A DNA stretch of 64,000 bases from Podarcis liolepis (lineage: Eukaryota). The stretch lies in assembly GCA_965112155.1 (NCBI GenBank), contig OZ218105.1. One strand, 5' to 3'. How positions within the stretch are numbered: the first letter of the stretch is position 1; the number at the start of each line of letters is the position of its first letter. Below, one piece after another: positions 62,543 to 64,000 of this stretch. Both the position numbers and the translations under genes were made by a program. The notes beneath the pieces are model-generated. The model saw only the letters and a program-made list of their open reading frames with translations, searched no databases and was not told the origin of the DNA.

Positions 62543-64000
62543 ATATAGAAGTAAAATCTGTGTCATTTCAGCACATACCCCTGACTCTCTTGTTGATCCT
62601 TACTCACTGCAGTGACCATTTCGGCCACAGCATCACACTGCCAAAATTTTAAGACTTTTGGAATGGCTGGTGGAACAGCCTTTCTGCCAGCTTCCCAACA
62701 GTCATGGATTCCTTTTTCAGATCATCCTTCTATCACCAAGGCTATTTGATACTGGGTGCTTGCCAAGGCAACTCAGCTTCTGAGTGCAGAACTTATACTG
62801 CAGATCCACAAAGCATAGGCACAGGGGGCTTGGCTTGCAAACTTTATTCAGAATCCAACTTTATTTTTAAAAAATCTCACTTAAGAAAAGAAAAGAAAAT
62901 ACTTGTTTTTACATAGGCAACATAGCCATCAGAACCCCTGGGTGTGAACAGCAACCTAGACTCTGCTTCTTACTCTTGACTCAGATAGGAGCAGCCAATC
63001 TGAGGAGGAGGCAGAGGTGTTGAAAACTGAGCCAGGGCCTTAGCAACATGAACTGAGCCAGAGTCTGCTGCATCAGGTGACCTTAAGCTTGATTAATGAC
63101 GACAGTCTCAGTTTGGATCTCCAGAACCTAAGTGCTCCTGGCCTGTGTCTCTCTCAAGAACTTTTCTGCTTCACATCAGTAGCCCACATCCACCATGTTA
63201 GGTTATCAGTGCAGACAATGAGCCTGGTGGAAATTGCCCAGGAAGAAGGCGCAGCTCCAAATATGAGTCCAGCTGCTTTAAGGCCTTCTGCTGCTCCTGG
63301 AGACACAAAAGTCTTCAGTCCAGTCATGGACCTTGCTAGAGCAAGTTGCTGCCATTTGTTAAGGTCCGAATAACAGCCAGAGGAAAGCACTGAGAGACAG
63401 GTAGTAACAAGGGTTGCATATTTAGGGGACTAGAACTGCAGATCACAGGAATTTTATTTAGAGGCCAGGTAGTCATTCAGGAAACAGAAGTACCTTCCCT
63501 TGAGTATTTTGCAGGTGCCAGGTGTGCCCCTGTCTGAGTTCTTGCACGTTAAATGCTCTTTCTACATTTCTTTCACGTCCCTGATAGTCCTTAGTCTCCA
63601 CCTTCCCATGAATCTCTTTCTCTCTCATACAGACTCTGTCTCCCAAATTCCCTGTGCCTCAGAAGTATTTGATCCTGGACCTTGGAAAGATCAGCCTCTG
63701 GCAATGGTCCTCTGTAGTCACAGGCAGCAAATGAGATGAAGCGGTGACAATGTCCGTGGGCAGCAAACTGTCAAGACCGTAGTGGCAGGCGGTTTATGGG
63801 CAAGGGGACAGAGCTGAGCCCAAAGCTGAGGAGCAGCCGTGCAGAGGCAGAAGACCTGGGCAGGCAATGGAGGCAGGCAGGCGCCTTGGAGAAAGAGAGT
63901 CTCTCCCGGAGGTGATGAGTTGAGTTGCTCAGACGAAAGAACAGTAGCAGCTGTCTTGCCAGATTATTAATTTGGCCTGCTCACAGCAGAGCGTCAAAAC

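Noticed and set aside
1-64000. CRISPR arrays, operons or other prokaryotic systems
   Set aside because: Window is spliced vertebrate DNA with no repeat-spacer arrays

Overview
Vertebrate genomic DNA, most likely from a squamate and probably a lacertid lizard, judged from Sauria-type SINEs, a young L2 LINE and TA-flanked Tc1/mariner-type MITEs. The window holds the 3' part of ATP9B (P4-type ATPase / lipid flippase, class II) on the + strand. I traced 19 coding exons from 11395 to 48115 that splice with GT-AG junctions into one open frame of 2337 nt (778 aa + stop), containing DKTGT, TGDK and GDGGND motifs and ending ...[13 protein letters not shown] ~1.8 kb 3' UTR and ~14 kb of intergenic DNA follow (towards NFATC1 if human synteny SALL3-ATP9B-NFATC1 holds; inference). 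Almost all ORFs in the supplied track are spurious. Most notable observations: (1) an intronic Penelope-type insertion forming an ~89-bp-arm inverted repeat with a minimal hammerhead-ribozyme core on each strand; (2) a 33-nt cassette exon with QKI/RBFOX-type motifs and a possible upstream acceptor giving an alternative C-terminus; (3) odd N blocks that may be masked ultraconserved elements; (4) a dense AP-1 motif cluster downstream of the gene; (5) nested retroelement insertions. I did not find a clearly new gene system; repeat family names are from recognition, not database search.
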